DNA from: Isurus oxyrinchus
Lineage: Eukaryota
Length of the DNA stretch: 64,000 nucleotides
Assembly (NCBI GenBank): GCA_026770705.1
Contig: JANJGN010000035.1
Span: 6,882,001 to 6,946,000 of the forward strand
Direction of reading: 5' to 3'
The stretch's first letter is position 1, and each line of letters opens with the position of its first letter. This document shows positions 1 through 13,713 of this stretch, piece by piece. The notes under the pieces are model-generated. The model saw only the letters and a program-made list of their open reading frames with translations, was not told the DNA's origin and ran no database searches. A program made the position numbers and the translations under genes.

Positions 1-1370
1 ACCCATATACACTACCCTAAGTGCACACCGCTCATCAAGATTCTGTTTCAAATGCTCAAAATGTCAACATGTTGGTCGAAAAGATCCTTTCTTCATACGT
101 CCATGCCAATTGTGTTTGATTGTTTATGCCTCGATTGGCCTTGCCTTGAATAATCATACATTGATGGATCTGAATGAAGATAGATCCTGCTGCCCATGTT
201 GTTCCAGTATTGTTTACCACCACAAAGGTTTCCCTGGCTGACATTGACTTGACGCTACTCCCCTTTCATTCGTCTCTTTAAGTGCTGCGACGTTAGCTGA
301 AATCCAGAACGACAGAAACTCAGCTTTGGCTACAGTCCCATAACAGTGGTTAGGACCTCGCTAGTTTAACTCTTCCTTGGCTTCTGTTGCAGTCTGGAAT
401 ATATTTCATCTGGACAGGGAAACTTGTACTTCTTCACAAGCTGATTAAGCACTTAATACTTTCCATCACTCTCGCTATGTGAGTTTAATTTAACATGTCT
501 CGCTTTTCCATTCTAATTGTAAAATTTGTTCTTCCTCTCTCTGCGAAAACTGGTGCCAATATTTCATTAACGACCGCACCGATTTTCTGCACCTCAACAT
601 AACCTTTGAGGTTCTGTATCCCTACTCGGTACTTCTCGTTACTTTACGTTTTCTGATAGATGCATGTACTCCAAGTCAGAAGTCAGTAATGATGAAACGG
701 GGCACAGATCGGAGAATGATATGTAAAACATAATATTATTCTGCATTATAGTGAACATTTAAAGTTAATGTAACAATTTATTATTACCAATAAGAATGCG
801 CATGTAATCGAAGATATTTGTTTGGCGTTGCAGTTCTAATTAGCCAAAATGTATTAGAAGTAATATATTGGAGGCAGATATAGGTGAACCGTTGGAATGC
901 TAATGAAACATTTTTTAATTAGCAAAAATGTTGTGCCAATTGAATAGCGAGTGAATAAAACTACGAGTGATGCTTTTATGATGGACAGAATAATGAACCA
1001 GAGCTGTTTCAAACCATGGCTTCTGTTTCTGATGAGGACAGAAGAATAGCTGACACGAGGTACTAAAGAGCGCTACTTTTAGTCCACGGCACGACAACAG
1101 ATTATGTTTGGGACAAAATAATCGTTTAAAATTAGTGTTTGAGAGGCATAAGAACAGAAAGGGGAAATATAAGAAATTGTTCTATTTCCAGATGCACAAT
1201 ATTACCAGAAGTCCAATGTTGCATATAACAATTTGCAATTTGCAGATCACTTACTTCAGGAAAATATGGTTTGACCCCGTTAAGCAAGATTTTTTTATGT
1301 AAAACAATAAAAGTATGGAGAGTGCTAATGTGGGCAAATGCCCGCTCAGTTCTAACTACGCCAAACATAC

Positions 1371-1540
1371 CTCATTTTCTTTCTGCATTTGCACATTGAT
1401 AGACTTTGGAGTTACACTTCTATCATCCACAGATTCTTCACTTTTTTGAAGATGATTGGAGATTTGTGATCCCGTGAGTTCGAAATGCAGAGTGTCAGCA
1501 ACTTTCTCATCACCTCATGCAAATCCAGTATTGTTATCTC
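1371..1540 (-). pseudogene. Repeat-module exon type A, unit 1 (170 nt, in-frame stop)
   Basis: ttttttcaatagatactttaaAG|...|GTatgt. Reads xDNNTGFA*GDEKVADTLHFELTGSQISNHLQKSEESVDDRSVTPKSINVQMQKENE, with TGA at codon 8. Confidence 0.65.
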
Positions 1541-2139
1541 CTTTAAAGTATCTATTGAAAAAACGCACGGGAGTATTTGAAATCTTCTATGATACTTTTG
1601 CTGATATACTTATAACTCTCAGGCAATTCATTCAAATAATTCATAAATAAAGATCACAAGTCAATTTAATAGCTTTTGGCCAATTCAAATTGTATGCTTC
1701 CGTTTAGATATTTTACCCACAAGTTGATCTGCATATCGACTCTATGTTATTTAGAATAACATAACCATCACTTTAATGACATGGAATGCACAGCATATGC
1801 CCTTATGCAGTCGCTGAATGATCACAAGCAAGCTATTGGATAAATGTTCACATAAGATCCAAATAATTATCAGCAAAGCTGAGAAATTAGTCTGTGCCAG
1901 ATGGAATAAAATGCACTGAGGGAGGAAGTCCACCAGTGACGTTATGATATAATATAGATCGTGTTAAGGAAAATGGTAAAGCTTATTTGCATCACTTTGA
2001 ATGTGCTTCCTGTGGCAATATTCATTAGAAATTTTTCAGTTTGCTAACATCCAATTCAGTAAATCAAACGAAGTCAGAAGAAAAACCATGTAATTGTAGG
2101 CACTGAAACGCTTATGATATTTTAAGCCTGGCTAAGGGC

Positions 2140-2390
2140 TATTTCTTCTCTCAGGGGCTTGATAATCTTTGGAAAGCTTTATCACAGAGGGCTGTAGAGC
2201 CTGGGTGGTTAATTATGTTGAAGGCTGGGATAAACTGATTTTCCATCGGTAAAGGACTCAGGGCTGATGGGGAAATGGCAGCGAAGTGTATTTTAGGATG
2301 AGTAGATCAGCCATGATGTCATTCGATGACGAAATCAGAATCGATCTGTCCAATGACCTGTTTCTGATCCTATGTCCTATGGCCTTATGG
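2140..2390 (+). mobile_element. CR1 LINE 3' end fragment (also present in unit 3 at ~14340-14585)
   Basis: tttcttctctcagggg...gagggctgtagag...gatcagccatgat...ctgatcctatgtcctatgg matches the CR1 3' terminus. The same downstream flank (atgttaatcagc.gag.actgcc.agtt) follows in units 1 and 3. Confidence 0.75.
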
Positions 2391-3082
2391 TTACTCATGT
2401 TAATCAGCCGAGCACTGCCTAGTTCTCATAAGTTATGCTTCGATAATTTAGGCACATCATCAACATACTGCACCTTATGAAGGCAGCACGTCAAATGATC
2501 ACTTTTTTTTTTGTTGAGACTATGTCTGCATGCGTGATGGTGGCCTGTATCGCTTTCTGCAGATCTCTGTAAATTCATTCTGTCGATGTATATATTATGC
2601 ATATATACATCTGTCCACCTGCTTATCATATCCCTTGAAGGATTTGCACATTAGTGCTGTGGAAGAAATATGTCTGTTATTAATGCATACCTTCCACCAA
2701 TCATCTTCGCACTCTGGTGGAATGGCCAAGAAAAAGTTTGCGAATTTAAGGAAAATTGGCATTAAACTTGTTTCTGCCCGCTGTTGGTAACGGGAGACAT
2801 GCGAGTGAGTCTAAACATAAGTATGTGATACATCGAAAATCGCACTAACAAGAACGAGCAGTGCGGTATCGTGGTGCAGATGGAGAACTGAGGGCTTTTG
2901 TTTAAGACTCATAGTGGAGAAATAAACATTCTCAGTGAAAGCGAGCGTATCTCTTTACATTCCATAGTGCACATTGCTTGCACAAGGATAACAATGGCCA
3001 TAATTTCGAAGAAGAGTTTATAATTAAGCAATGAGGCTGGATAATTCTTCTGCAGTGTACGATTAAATTTTGTTAAACATGC

Positions 3083-3249
3083 CTCGTTGTTTTTCTGAGC
3101 GAACGCATTCGCATGAAGTAGATTTGCCTTCTGTCATCCAGAGATTCTGTAACATCTGCACGTGAGCCAGGAGAGAGGGACTCTGCATTTAGCATTGATG
3201 ATGCCAGTGACATTCGATACAGTTGTTTCCATTGTAACATTATCATCCT
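3083..3249 (-). pseudogene. Repeat-module exon type B, unit 1 (167 nt, compensating frameshifts and stop)
   Basis: tcttccactgtaatttatAG|AG GAT GAT AAT...CAG AAA AAC AAC GAG|GCatgt. Starts EDDNVTMETTV and ends HANAFAQKNNE; the middle is out of frame with a TGA. Confidence 0.6.
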
Positions 3250-5849
3250 CTATAAATTACAGTGGAAGAAATGAACTTTGCATAGTTGCAGCATAAAATT
3301 GTAGATTCAAAGATATACTTAGCGACGAGTTCTACTGAATGATAATTACGTAATTGTGGAACGTGTACGTTAAATAAAATTCAGTCATTAGGCACATAGG
3401 AAATATTGTCTTTCTGCTTGCTGCCTTTCCCCCGGACTGACTTTCTTTTTGTAGAGTACTCCCTTTAATTCCATTATCTATGCTTTGATCTGTCATATTA
3501 AAATTGCAATACCCTTTAAAAAGTATAAGTTCGTGCCAACCTCTGGTTTCCGTTTTCATCTCATAAAGTGCGAAAAGGTACTGCAGACTGAAAGTTTGCA
3601 GCACAACGTGATATTGTAACTCAATAGTTTAAATATTGTTTTTGGGTATCTGGCATCATCTAGGAACTTGAAAGCGGTTTTAACTGTTCATTTGGGAGCT
3701 AATTAAAATGTATCGACGGCATGCAAAATTTGCATGGCGTCACAGAGCAGTTATTTTCTTTTCCTGCCGCTAGGAAATTGGTTTCGATATCGTCCATTTG
3801 TGGAACTCCGAAAAGCCAAAAAACAGAGGGACATTTGATGTACCATTAATGTCAATCATGTTAGCGACCTGCTACTAATGTTGACTCTCATTTACATCAG
3901 ACGGTCAACGTGAATCCGCCCACAATGCCTTCCTCGGCAAGTGGTTGATGTGATACATTAGGATGTTGTCAAGTTCAGAAGTGATGACAAGATAACTACA
4001 GGCAATCTGCAAAAAAGGCGCTCCTGAGAAATGGAGGGAGTCGTTGAGTTTTGTGCGGAGAGACATTGGCAAATTAGAGCTAGAGATGTTGACAAACGAT
4101 TGGTCAACCATGGGTGCTAAATTTGAAGTTGTTTCACAAGTTTTAAGTCTGAATGCATTTTCTCCCCTTTTAATTTATCACTGAAAATAGCTGAATTATT
4201 TAATGACCATCTGCAAGGTATTTTCTCTGCAGCATTCTGAATTTCATCTATCTGTGCGGCACATATCTGTGATAACAATCTCACCTGAGTCAGTGTTACA
4301 AACATAATAGGAAGAAAATCTAACCACTGGTGCAAATCGTGCACATGACGATTGGTACTGGAGAATATCACATAAGAGTAATCTCACCACATGTTTGTGT
4401 GCTTATGTAAGATATGCTCGCTCCATGTCGTTGCACCAATGGAAGTAGGTTTTCATCTAACATGTGCATGACGGTGGGGTCCCTTAAATTATCGGTGTTG
4501 AACGGACTTTCTGATATTTTTTTTTTATACCTCTCGATCCTGAAATTAGTAACAATATCATTAATCTGAAATGGCGTTAATTTTCATTCCTAGCACGGTT
4601 GAACCACTGAGTTCACAAGTCTAAGTAACATACCTTATTATTTCTGTTGGCCTGTGATTTATAATTACCATGGTTGCATTTTGAAGGGCATGTCCACTGG
4701 AAAAGTATGAGGACTATATACAATGTTGCTTTCCAAGAACAGATTGTAGCATGAGACATAGGATAGTGCTGAGGAAGAATTAAGTGTACCGGGGAACTAC
4801 CGGGCCACAACCTCTTAATTGGCTCCTGGATCGTGTGAGATCAGAGCAGCTGAAGAGCATGTCACTTGAACCGAAAAATCTCAAAAACATCTTGCGCCTG
4901 TGTTCATCAGCTGCCAATAATTCAACACTAATACCTAGCTGGCTTGGCCTGCACTCATATATCTATAACCTGCTCTCCCTCTGGACGTCCATGCAGAGAG
5001 ACAGAGGGGGAAATCACCGTCGGAAACATTGAAAGGCAAGTGCTCATCAAGTGAATTAACGATTACAAGTTCTCGAATATCATCCCGTGTCATCAACAAT
5101 GAACTGAAAATAATTTGGAGAATATCAATCAAAACGAACCCATCAAATTCCTTGCTTTAGATTTGTTGCTATTGTACTCTTTTGCGACATCGTTAATGTA
5201 AATGGTGTTGCTTGTCTCATGTGTCTTGTATGTGTGGATATAGGGATTTCAGAAAGGATTTATTTATAGGTGATAGAATTAAAATTTAGAAGTTTATATT
5301 CGTTTAATTGGCGCTCGTTAAAGGCAGTTTGTTCAATAAACAGTTATTTACTTTTTAACTGCACAAACCTTTTATATCGTGCCAACCAAGATTAAACAAA
5401 TAGTAACAATTAGTTGGTGTGATCAAACTTTTGCAAAATTGTCTTGGCACACGCAGCAGTGAGGCTAGATATTGCAGCTCACTATCCCCAGTGCGTCGTG
5501 ACATAAGCTAATACAACAATGTGCGATGTTATTTTTAAAAGTCCCAAAGAATGTACAAGGCACAAAATAGAAATAACACTTCTTCACCTTCCTAATCACG
5601 AAATAACCATCAACAATTTTAAGACAAGAACTAGTGAGGTCGCTTAACAAAAAATAGATCTCGCACATCCAAATCAATACTCTTTTCATGCAAAATGTGT
5701 AGGCGTATATTGAAGGAATGAAAGGGTATTAAAGTAAAATTCAAACAAATCTGATGAAATATCCCTGAGCAGAGGGGGCCAGAAAACATTTTATGAACTG
5801 GAATAGTACAGCCAAAGTAGAATTTAAAGAATTATAAAATGTTCAATCA

Positions 5850-6900
5850 CTGGTTGTGCACAGCGACCATCCATTTCAATCTCCTTTTCAGGTCATATTC
5901 AGTAGCCTTGCAGGTTAATGCATTACATGCGCATTTACAACTAACATTATCAAAAGTTATTAGGGTGTCTGTCTATTATCCTTTCAGACTCTGATATGCA
6001 GATCTCCAACATCCTCTGGCAATTTACTCTTCATAACCCACACATTCAAGTTCAAAATCGTACAACATAAAATTTATGCAGCAAATATCCTGACGAAAAC
6101 TCACAAAATAGACAGGATCAGTCCTAAAACAACAAAACCAATTGTCAGCAATTTTACTTCTTCTGATCCAATTTTATTCCAACCTACGACTTTGTATTAA
6201 ATTAAATGGGCTTTTAGTTTCGTTGAGATTTGCCTTGTGTGTGTTTATTAGCAACAGAATGAATACGCTATTTGCTCACCGCTAAGGAAAATTCTGATTC
6301 AACGTTTGGAAATTTTAACATGTTAGCCTTTTACGATCTTCATTTAATACTTTCATTCCAATTGCCTTAAATTAATCCTTGTCTCGCTCGGCCGTGCCTT
6401 GAATAATCATACATTGATTGAATTGTATGAAGATCGATCCTGTTGCTCATGTTTTTTTTTCCAGTATTTTTTGCACCACCAAATTTAGCCTGGCTGACAA
6501 CTTATCTATACATCTTTCACCCAGTTTGTGAAGTGGTGCGACGTTAGTTGAGATGCAGAAAACTGGCACCTCAACTTCCGCTTGGGAGTCACACAATAAT
6601 GGTCACAACATCTCTAGCGTATCTCTTGACTCTCTTCTCTTGCAGCCTGGGATATATTTCACCAGAGCCTGGAAAGTTGTGCACTTTCAAAAGATGATAA
6701 AACTTTCATTGTTTTCCCTCTTTCTCACTATGTGAATTTAATTTAATATTTCATGCGTTTCCAGTCTTATTGAAAAGAAATCGCACACCCTCTCGCCTTT
6801 GCGAAAACTGGTGCCACGTTTTCAGTAGCCAAGATACCGACACCCTGCAACTCAAGACGCTCGTTAACCAGCTGCTCCGTTAAAGCACATGTTCTTCCTT
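5850..6900 (-). mobile_element. Old CR1 LINE remnant carried in each tandem unit (copies at 1-~660 and ~11830-12830)
   Basis: Minus-strand CR1 3' end and RT-like stretches (ttagcctggctgac...acgttag...ctggcacc...cagcctggg) repeated at unit periodicity. Confidence 0.55.
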
Positions 6901-7617
6901 TTGTGACAGAGGGATGAACTCCAACACTGATGTCAAAAAGTATGAATCAAGGGACTAGGCGCTGAATGATGTACGGAGCAAAGCGCATTTCCATAGTGTA
7001 TGCAGGATTCAACTCCAACGTAGCAATTGTTATTACCAGTAAGCTGTCATGTTAGAGAATTTTTTGGCTTCGAAAGTATGCACCCAAAAAGCTTCAGTTT
7101 GGTGAGATATGCTGCTAAATGGTTGGATTTGTAATTTAGGGACAAGGCTTTATAAACATTTATTTAATGAGCAAAAAGGAGGTAGTAATTGCGGAGCGTG
7201 TGGTTAACATTATGATTGAAGGTAAATACATGAGAGAATACTGCACCTAGAATCTTTCACTCTATGGTGCTTGTTTGTTACAAATACAGACGAATAGCAG
7301 TCACAAAGTTCTGATGAGCGTTACTTTTAGTTCAACGCGCGATGACTCATTATGGTCTGGGCAACATCATCAACAAAACTTAGTATCGGAGAGGCATAAA
7401 AACAGAAAGAAGAAATATCAGAAATCGTTCCATTCCATCATGAACAATAGTACAAGGAATCGAGTGCTCCGTATAACAATTGCAATTTGTTAATATTTAA
7501 TTTTACCAAAGAAAGGCTTTGACAGCGCTAAGCTAGTTGATTATGTAAAGCAATGAAAACATGTTCATTGCTAATGTAAGAAAATGTCTGTGCAGTTCTA
7601 ACTACGTCAAAAAATAC

Positions 7618-7786
7618 GTCATTCTCATTCTGCATCTGCATATTGATAGATCTTTGATTTGCACAATATCATCCACAGATTCTTCACTTTTTTGAAGAGG
7701 ACTGGAGATATGCAATCGCATGTCTTTGAATCGCCGAGTGTCAGGAAATTTCTCATCACCTCCTGTAAATTCAATATTGTTATCAC
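7618..7786 (-). pseudogene. Repeat-module exon type A, unit 2 (169 nt, 1-nt deletion)
   Basis: cttataatttatAG|GT GAT AAC AAT...|GTattt. Reads GDNNIEFTGGDEKFPDTRRFKDMRLHISSPLQKSEESVDD, then a 1-nt deletion before SINMQMQNEND. Confidence 0.65.
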
Positions 7787-9498
7787 CTATAAATTATAAG
7801 TTGACAAAAAGTATGGGAGTATTTGAAATCATCTATGCTACTTTAGTTGACATACTTATAACTCTCAGGCAATTCATCGAAATAATTCACAAATTTAGTT
7901 CACTAGTCCATTTATTCGCTTTTGGCTAATTTAAAGTTTTATGCATCCATTTAGACATTTTATCCATATGTTTAAATGTATTTCGGCTTATGTTATTTAG
8001 CATATTTTGAACTTCACTTTAATGTAATGGAATGCACATCATGCAACTCAATGCCGTAGATCAATTATAATAAGCATATTACTAGCTCAAGTTTCGTAAC
8101 ACAACCAGACACTTATTAGCAAAGGCAATAAATTTGCCTTTGCCTGATGGAATAAAATGGGCACAGGAAGGGAGTGTAATAGTGAGTCTGGGACATAATT
8201 TAAAACGTGTTAAGGAAAATGATAAACGTACTTTCCATCACTTTGAATGTTTTTCCTGTGACTTACCTTAGTAATGTATATATATATATGCGACATTCTG
8301 ATCATCACCTTAGCTAATTGCGTCTTTTTGTGCCGGTCTTTGACATATGGATCACATCATGCAGAACTACAGGTTTTCATTGACCACGAGGTATCAAACA
8401 AGCATCCATTGATAAAGGAGCCTTGATTGTTAAATTTGTCCGAAAGACAAATTATTTCAGAAAGGTAACCTACAGAGATCCATTTACCTTTCTCAGCAGT
8501 TCATAGTTGAAGGAATCAGAGTAGTTAGAATGCAGGGACAAGCATGAAAAGGCTGAAGTTAAATGTTAACAGAATTCAGGAGAGCACGGACTGACTAACC
8601 TGCGATCACACAGTCAATGCATTTAACTACGTTATTCATGCAAAATGCTGTAAAGCCTTGACGGGTAAATTTACATGTTCGATGCAAAATGAGGAAAATA
8701 TGGTCATTATTATTAATACAAATGTCATAAGTCCAAGCTCGTGTTTCTGTACAATGCAGTGCCCAATAATTGCGAAGGAGTTCAACCTTATGGTTACTAT
8801 ATCTGTAAGTGCCATTGACTGCAGAATTTAATTCTACTTCATCAGTCATGAATTACTTTGCTTCTGACTATCCTTAAACAACTTTGTGGGAGAGGGTGTA
8901 ACATTCTCCCGCTCTAGTCCTCTTGAATACGTCTCAGGTGAAAAGCGAGTTGCAGGAATGTACACAGTACCTCCGCAACTGCCATGGTTTAAAATAAAAA
9001 AGCTGATTGAAATTTGAGTTATTTTTAAAAAGATAATCTCACCGGAAATGTGATCTGCTCCGTCCTTTCGGACATCTCGATTTTCGTGATGGCATAGATT
9101 TACGACAGGATTTACTTTTGGTGTGATCTTGATGTCACTGCAAATATCTGTGCTGAACCGAGTTCCTAGAATATTGTTTTGTACTTTGTGCTAAACAAAG
9201 CTTAACACTGATTATATGTAACTTGCCAAAGTTTTCAGTTGTTGAAGTGATTAACTTGCACACATCCCCAGCTATTGCAAGGACACCTAATGCAAACCCG
9301 GCGTGCAGTGATTTTAATAGAGGAGAAAAAAAAACTGTTTTGTCACAGGAAAAGCGTCCGGCAATTTTAAAATTCCATGCAGCAAATTGCTTGCACCAGG
9401 CCGGCAAGGGCCATAATTTCGAAGAACAATTTATAATTAACCAATAAGTATGGATAATTCTCCTGCAGTTTGAGATTCAATTTTTTAAAAAAACTTGC

Positions 9499-9668
9499 CT
9501 CGTTGATTTTCTGAGCGAAAGCATTGGGATGAAGCTGATTTGTGGTTCTACCAGCCAGATATTCTGCAACATCTTCAACTGAGCCTCTATTGTTAAACTC
9601 TCCATCTTTGTGTTGATAATTGCCAGCGACTGCCGGTACAGTTGTTTCCATTCCAATATTATCATCCT
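9499..9668 (-). CDS. Repeat-module exon type B, unit 2 (170 nt, open frame, GC donor)
   Basis: tttttccactgttattttAG|...|GCaagt. Reads EDDNIGMETTVPAVAGNYQHKDGEFNNRGSVEDVAEYLAGRTTNQLHPNAFAQKINE (inside ORF 9367..9747). Expression is unknown. Confidence 0.5.
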
Positions 9669-12600
9669 CTAAAAATAACAGTGGAAAAAATGAAATTTGC
9701 ACATTTGCAGGATGACAGTATATACAGCAAGATATACTTAGTGACACGTTCTACTGATTGAACATTATGTAAAAACGAAAAGATTAAATTAAACTTAGTC
9801 ACTCTGCACACATGTATAACTGCCTTTCTGCATTCTGTGTTCCTGACTGGCGTTCTCCTTGACAAGTAGTGACAAGTAGTAATTACCTATGCTTTAATCT
9901 AACAATCTCGTTATTACAATTGCAGTTCCATGAAAAGAAATACACGTTATTGCCAAGAAAAGTACTTTGGGTTGCTGCTTACAATTTATCAATTTTCTAA
10001 AGTTTCTGAAGACTCGAAGTTTGCAGCAGAACAAGTTAATGAAAATCATTTGTCGAAATACTAGTTTTGGGCAACTGCCATCGCATGGGAACTTGAACTT
10101 AGCTGTTCAGTTGGAAGGAAATTTCAATATTTTAATTGGACAGAAAATTTACATGACCTCTAAATGCATTTAATTTATTTTGCTGTCGCTGCGAATTTGA
10201 TTTTGACATCGTCCATTTGAGACACTCACAAGAAGCAAAAATCAGTGGGACAATCGATGCACCGTTAATTACAATCATGCTTCCAACTGATGCTAATGCC
10301 GGTTCTCATTTACATTAGACTGGGAAGGTGAATATGCCTGAAATGCCTTCCTTGGCATTAGGTTGATGAGAATTTTGCGGATGTTGTGAATATCAGAAAG
10401 GATGTCAAAAGAACTACATATGATCTGGAAGAAAGCGCTACAGAGAAATGGAGGGAGTCCATGAGTTGCAAATGAGGTTTGATCCGAGAGACATGGGTCG
10501 TTAGAGTGAGAGAAATTGACGAACTATTGGATTGAACGCGGTTTTGTAGGGTTTAAATATGACTGCATTATCTTCCCTTTAATTTAATCACTTAAGATAG
10601 TCCAATTATTTGATGACCATCTGCCATGCAATTTCCTCTGCAACATTCTGAACATCAATTTTCACAGTTGCAAATATCAGTCTTAACAGTATCAGGTAAG
10701 TCAGAATTCGCAAGACAATGGGAAGATAATGAAACCACTTGTGGAGATTTTACGGATGAAGATTGATAATGCAGACTATCACATGTCAACATGAGTATTC
10801 TTGCCATTTGTTAGTGTGCTTCTGCCAAATCCGTTTGCTTCCAATTGTTGCACCAATGGATTTGAGATTTCATATAACAAGTGCATGGCCTTGTCTTCAG
10901 CGTCACTATCGGTGTTAAACGGATTTTCTCATGATTTTTTAACCTCTCGCTCCTGAACCACCAATAGCGTCATTAAGGTTAAGTGCTTTTATTTTACATT
11001 TCTGACATATTTGAACCACAGAGGTCACAAGTGTAAATAAGATGTATTTTTGATTCAGTTGGTGTGTGCATAAAAATTGCAACGGTACCATTTTGAAGGA
11101 GATGTCTACTGTAACAGCCTGAGGTCTATATACAATGTTGATGGTACCATAGAGCAGAGTGTACTATGAAAACCATGGCAGTGCTGAGAAAGAGGTTAGT
11201 ATAAAAGCGAAATACCTGGCAAAAGATATATTTTTTAATTTGCTTCTGACCACATGGACAGAGTTCTTTGAGATTAGTGCAGCTAATGAGCTCGTCGCCT
11301 GAATGATAAATAAAAGTCTACAACAGCTTGCACCTGTCTGTGTCAGGTCAATACAAAAATCATCTGCTGGCTTTCCTAGGCAGCTTATGTTTGGAACATG
11401 CTCTTTCTGCAAGTTACTGGCTCAGGCAGCAATGAGGCTTGAGTTTTCAGTTCATGGTCCCAAGTGGGCCTTGACACAAGCTGGTATAATACATTTCAAT
11501 CATAGTTTAAGGAGCCCAAAGGAATTTACACGTCACGACGTAGAAAAAACACTTCCTCCCTGTCATAATTACTAAATCAACAGCAATTTTAAGATAACAA
11601 ATAGGGAGATCGTTTAACTAAAAATAGACTTCGCAGATCCAAAACAATACTGTTTTCACGTGAAAAGTGTAGACATGTATGGAAGAAATGAAGGAGTATT
11701 AAAGAAAAAAACACACAAATCTGATGAAATATCCCAGAGCTTGGGTGGCCGGGAAACATTTTATGATTTGTAGTAATGCAGCCAAAGCAGAATAATAATC
11801 ATATAATCACAGAATTTATATCCCCGGTACTGCACAGCGACCATCCATTCCAACCATTCCTTGTTGGGTAATGCATTACACGTACATATCCAACGAAGTT
11901 TATCATAAGTTATTTGGGCTTCTGTCTATAATCCTTCCAGGCTCTGGCATGCAGATCTCCAACTGCTTCTGGGAATTTATTGTTCATAACCCATATATCC
12001 AATTCTAAAATCATATAACACAACATTCATATTGCACTGATCCAGCCAAAAAACTCACAATAAAGAGACGATCATGCACAAAACCAAAAACCAATTGTTC
12101 ACACTGATACCGCTTCTGATTGAATTGTGTATGAACGTACCACATCGGAACGAATTAGATGGGCTTTTAGTTTTGTTGTCTTTTGCCTGGTGGATGTTTA
12201 TCAACACAAGTATGCACTACGTTAAATGTTCACTGCTAAGCATGATTCTGATTTAATGGCTCAAAATTTCAACATGTCATTCCAATACGACCTTCTCTTT
12301 ATACTATATTTCCAACTGGCTTAAATTAATCATTGCCTCGCGTGGCCTTGCCTTGCATAATCATACATTGATTGAATTGAATGAAGGATGCTGCTCATGT
12401 TTTTTTCCACCACCGAAGTTAGCCTGACTGACACTGATTTATATGGCATACCTCTTTCACGCAGTTCTTGATGTGGTGTAACGTTAGCCGAGATCTATAA
12501 TTCTGGCACCTCAGCTTCCGCTGGGGAGTCGCACAAATATGGCCACAATTTGGCTAGTGTATCCCTTGCCTCCGTTAATTGACAGCTGGGATATATTTTA

Positions 12601-13546
12601 CCTTGGCCTGGGAAATTGTGCACTTTAAAAAGATTAAAGGTTTTAAATGCATTCCCTCCCTCACGCAGTTTGAACTTAATTTAAAATTTCACGCGTTTCA
12701 AGTCGTATTCAAAACACAGCACAAACCCTCTCTCTTTTGGAAAAGCTGGTGCTAAGTTTTCATTGGCCAAGATACGTACTTCCTGCAAGTCAATACGCTC
12801 GTTGACCGTCTACTCCCTTAAACCCTTATTCTTCCTTTATGGACAGAGGGATGATTTTCAAGACCAATGTTAGGAAGTGTGAAATGAGGACTCATTAAAT
12901 GATGTATGAAAGAGAGTACGTTTCTGCATTGATTTGAGGATTCAAATCCAATGTGAAAATTGTTATCACCATTAAGAATGCAGCTGTCATGGAAGGGATT
13001 CTTTTGGCGTCGAAGATATGCACTCAAAAAACTCCAGTTTGGAGGCAGATGGAGCTGAAGCATAAGGGTTCTAATTTAGAGACATAGCTAATGAAGTCTT
13101 TATTTAATAAGGAAAAATGAGGTATCAATTTTGGAGCAGCTGAACAATACTACGATTGAATATTGGAGAAGATAATGCACATAAAATCATTCAAACTATG
13201 CTGCTTTTTGCTGATGAAGATGGTAGAACAGAAGACACGATGTACTGAAGAAGGATACTTTGAGTTCACGGAGTGACAACGCATTATGTTCGTGGCAAAA
13301 TCGTCAGTTAAAATTATTATCGGAGAGGCATAAGAAAAGATGGAGGAAATATCTGAAATCATTCTATTCCTGATGAAGAATATAGCAAGCAATCCAGTCT
13401 TCGGCACAATAATTGTAATTTGCTTACTTCAAGATAGAAAGGCGTTGACCGTGTTAAGCTAGTTTATTTTTAATGTAAAACAATAAATGCATGGAGAGTG
13501 CTAATGTCAAGAAACGTCTGTCCAATTCTAACTCCGTCAACCATAC

Positions 13547-13713
13547 CTCCTTCTCCGCCTGCATTTGGACACTGATATTTAGATTTGCGGCACTATCATC
13601 CACCAATTCTTCACTTTTTTGAAGAGAGCTGGAGACATCCGATCCAATGTCTTTGAATGGTGGAGTGTCAGCAACTTTCTCATTCTCTTCTCCAAATCCG
13701 GCAGTACTATTTA
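13547..13713 (-). CDS. Repeat-module exon type A, unit 3 (167 nt, open frame, canonical AG/GT)
   Basis: tgttttttgtccaacctgtacttatAG|...|GTatgg. Reads xNSTAGFGEENEKVADTPPFKDIGSDVSSSLQKSEELVDDSAANLNISVQMQAEKE (inside ORF 13454..13741). Expression is unknown. Confidence 0.55.

Noticed and set aside
4117-4371. Possible third exon type in the cassette (ORF 4117..4371; homologue ~10540-10720)
   Set aside because: The frame and splice sites are not conserved between units, and it has no register with the 56-aa module.
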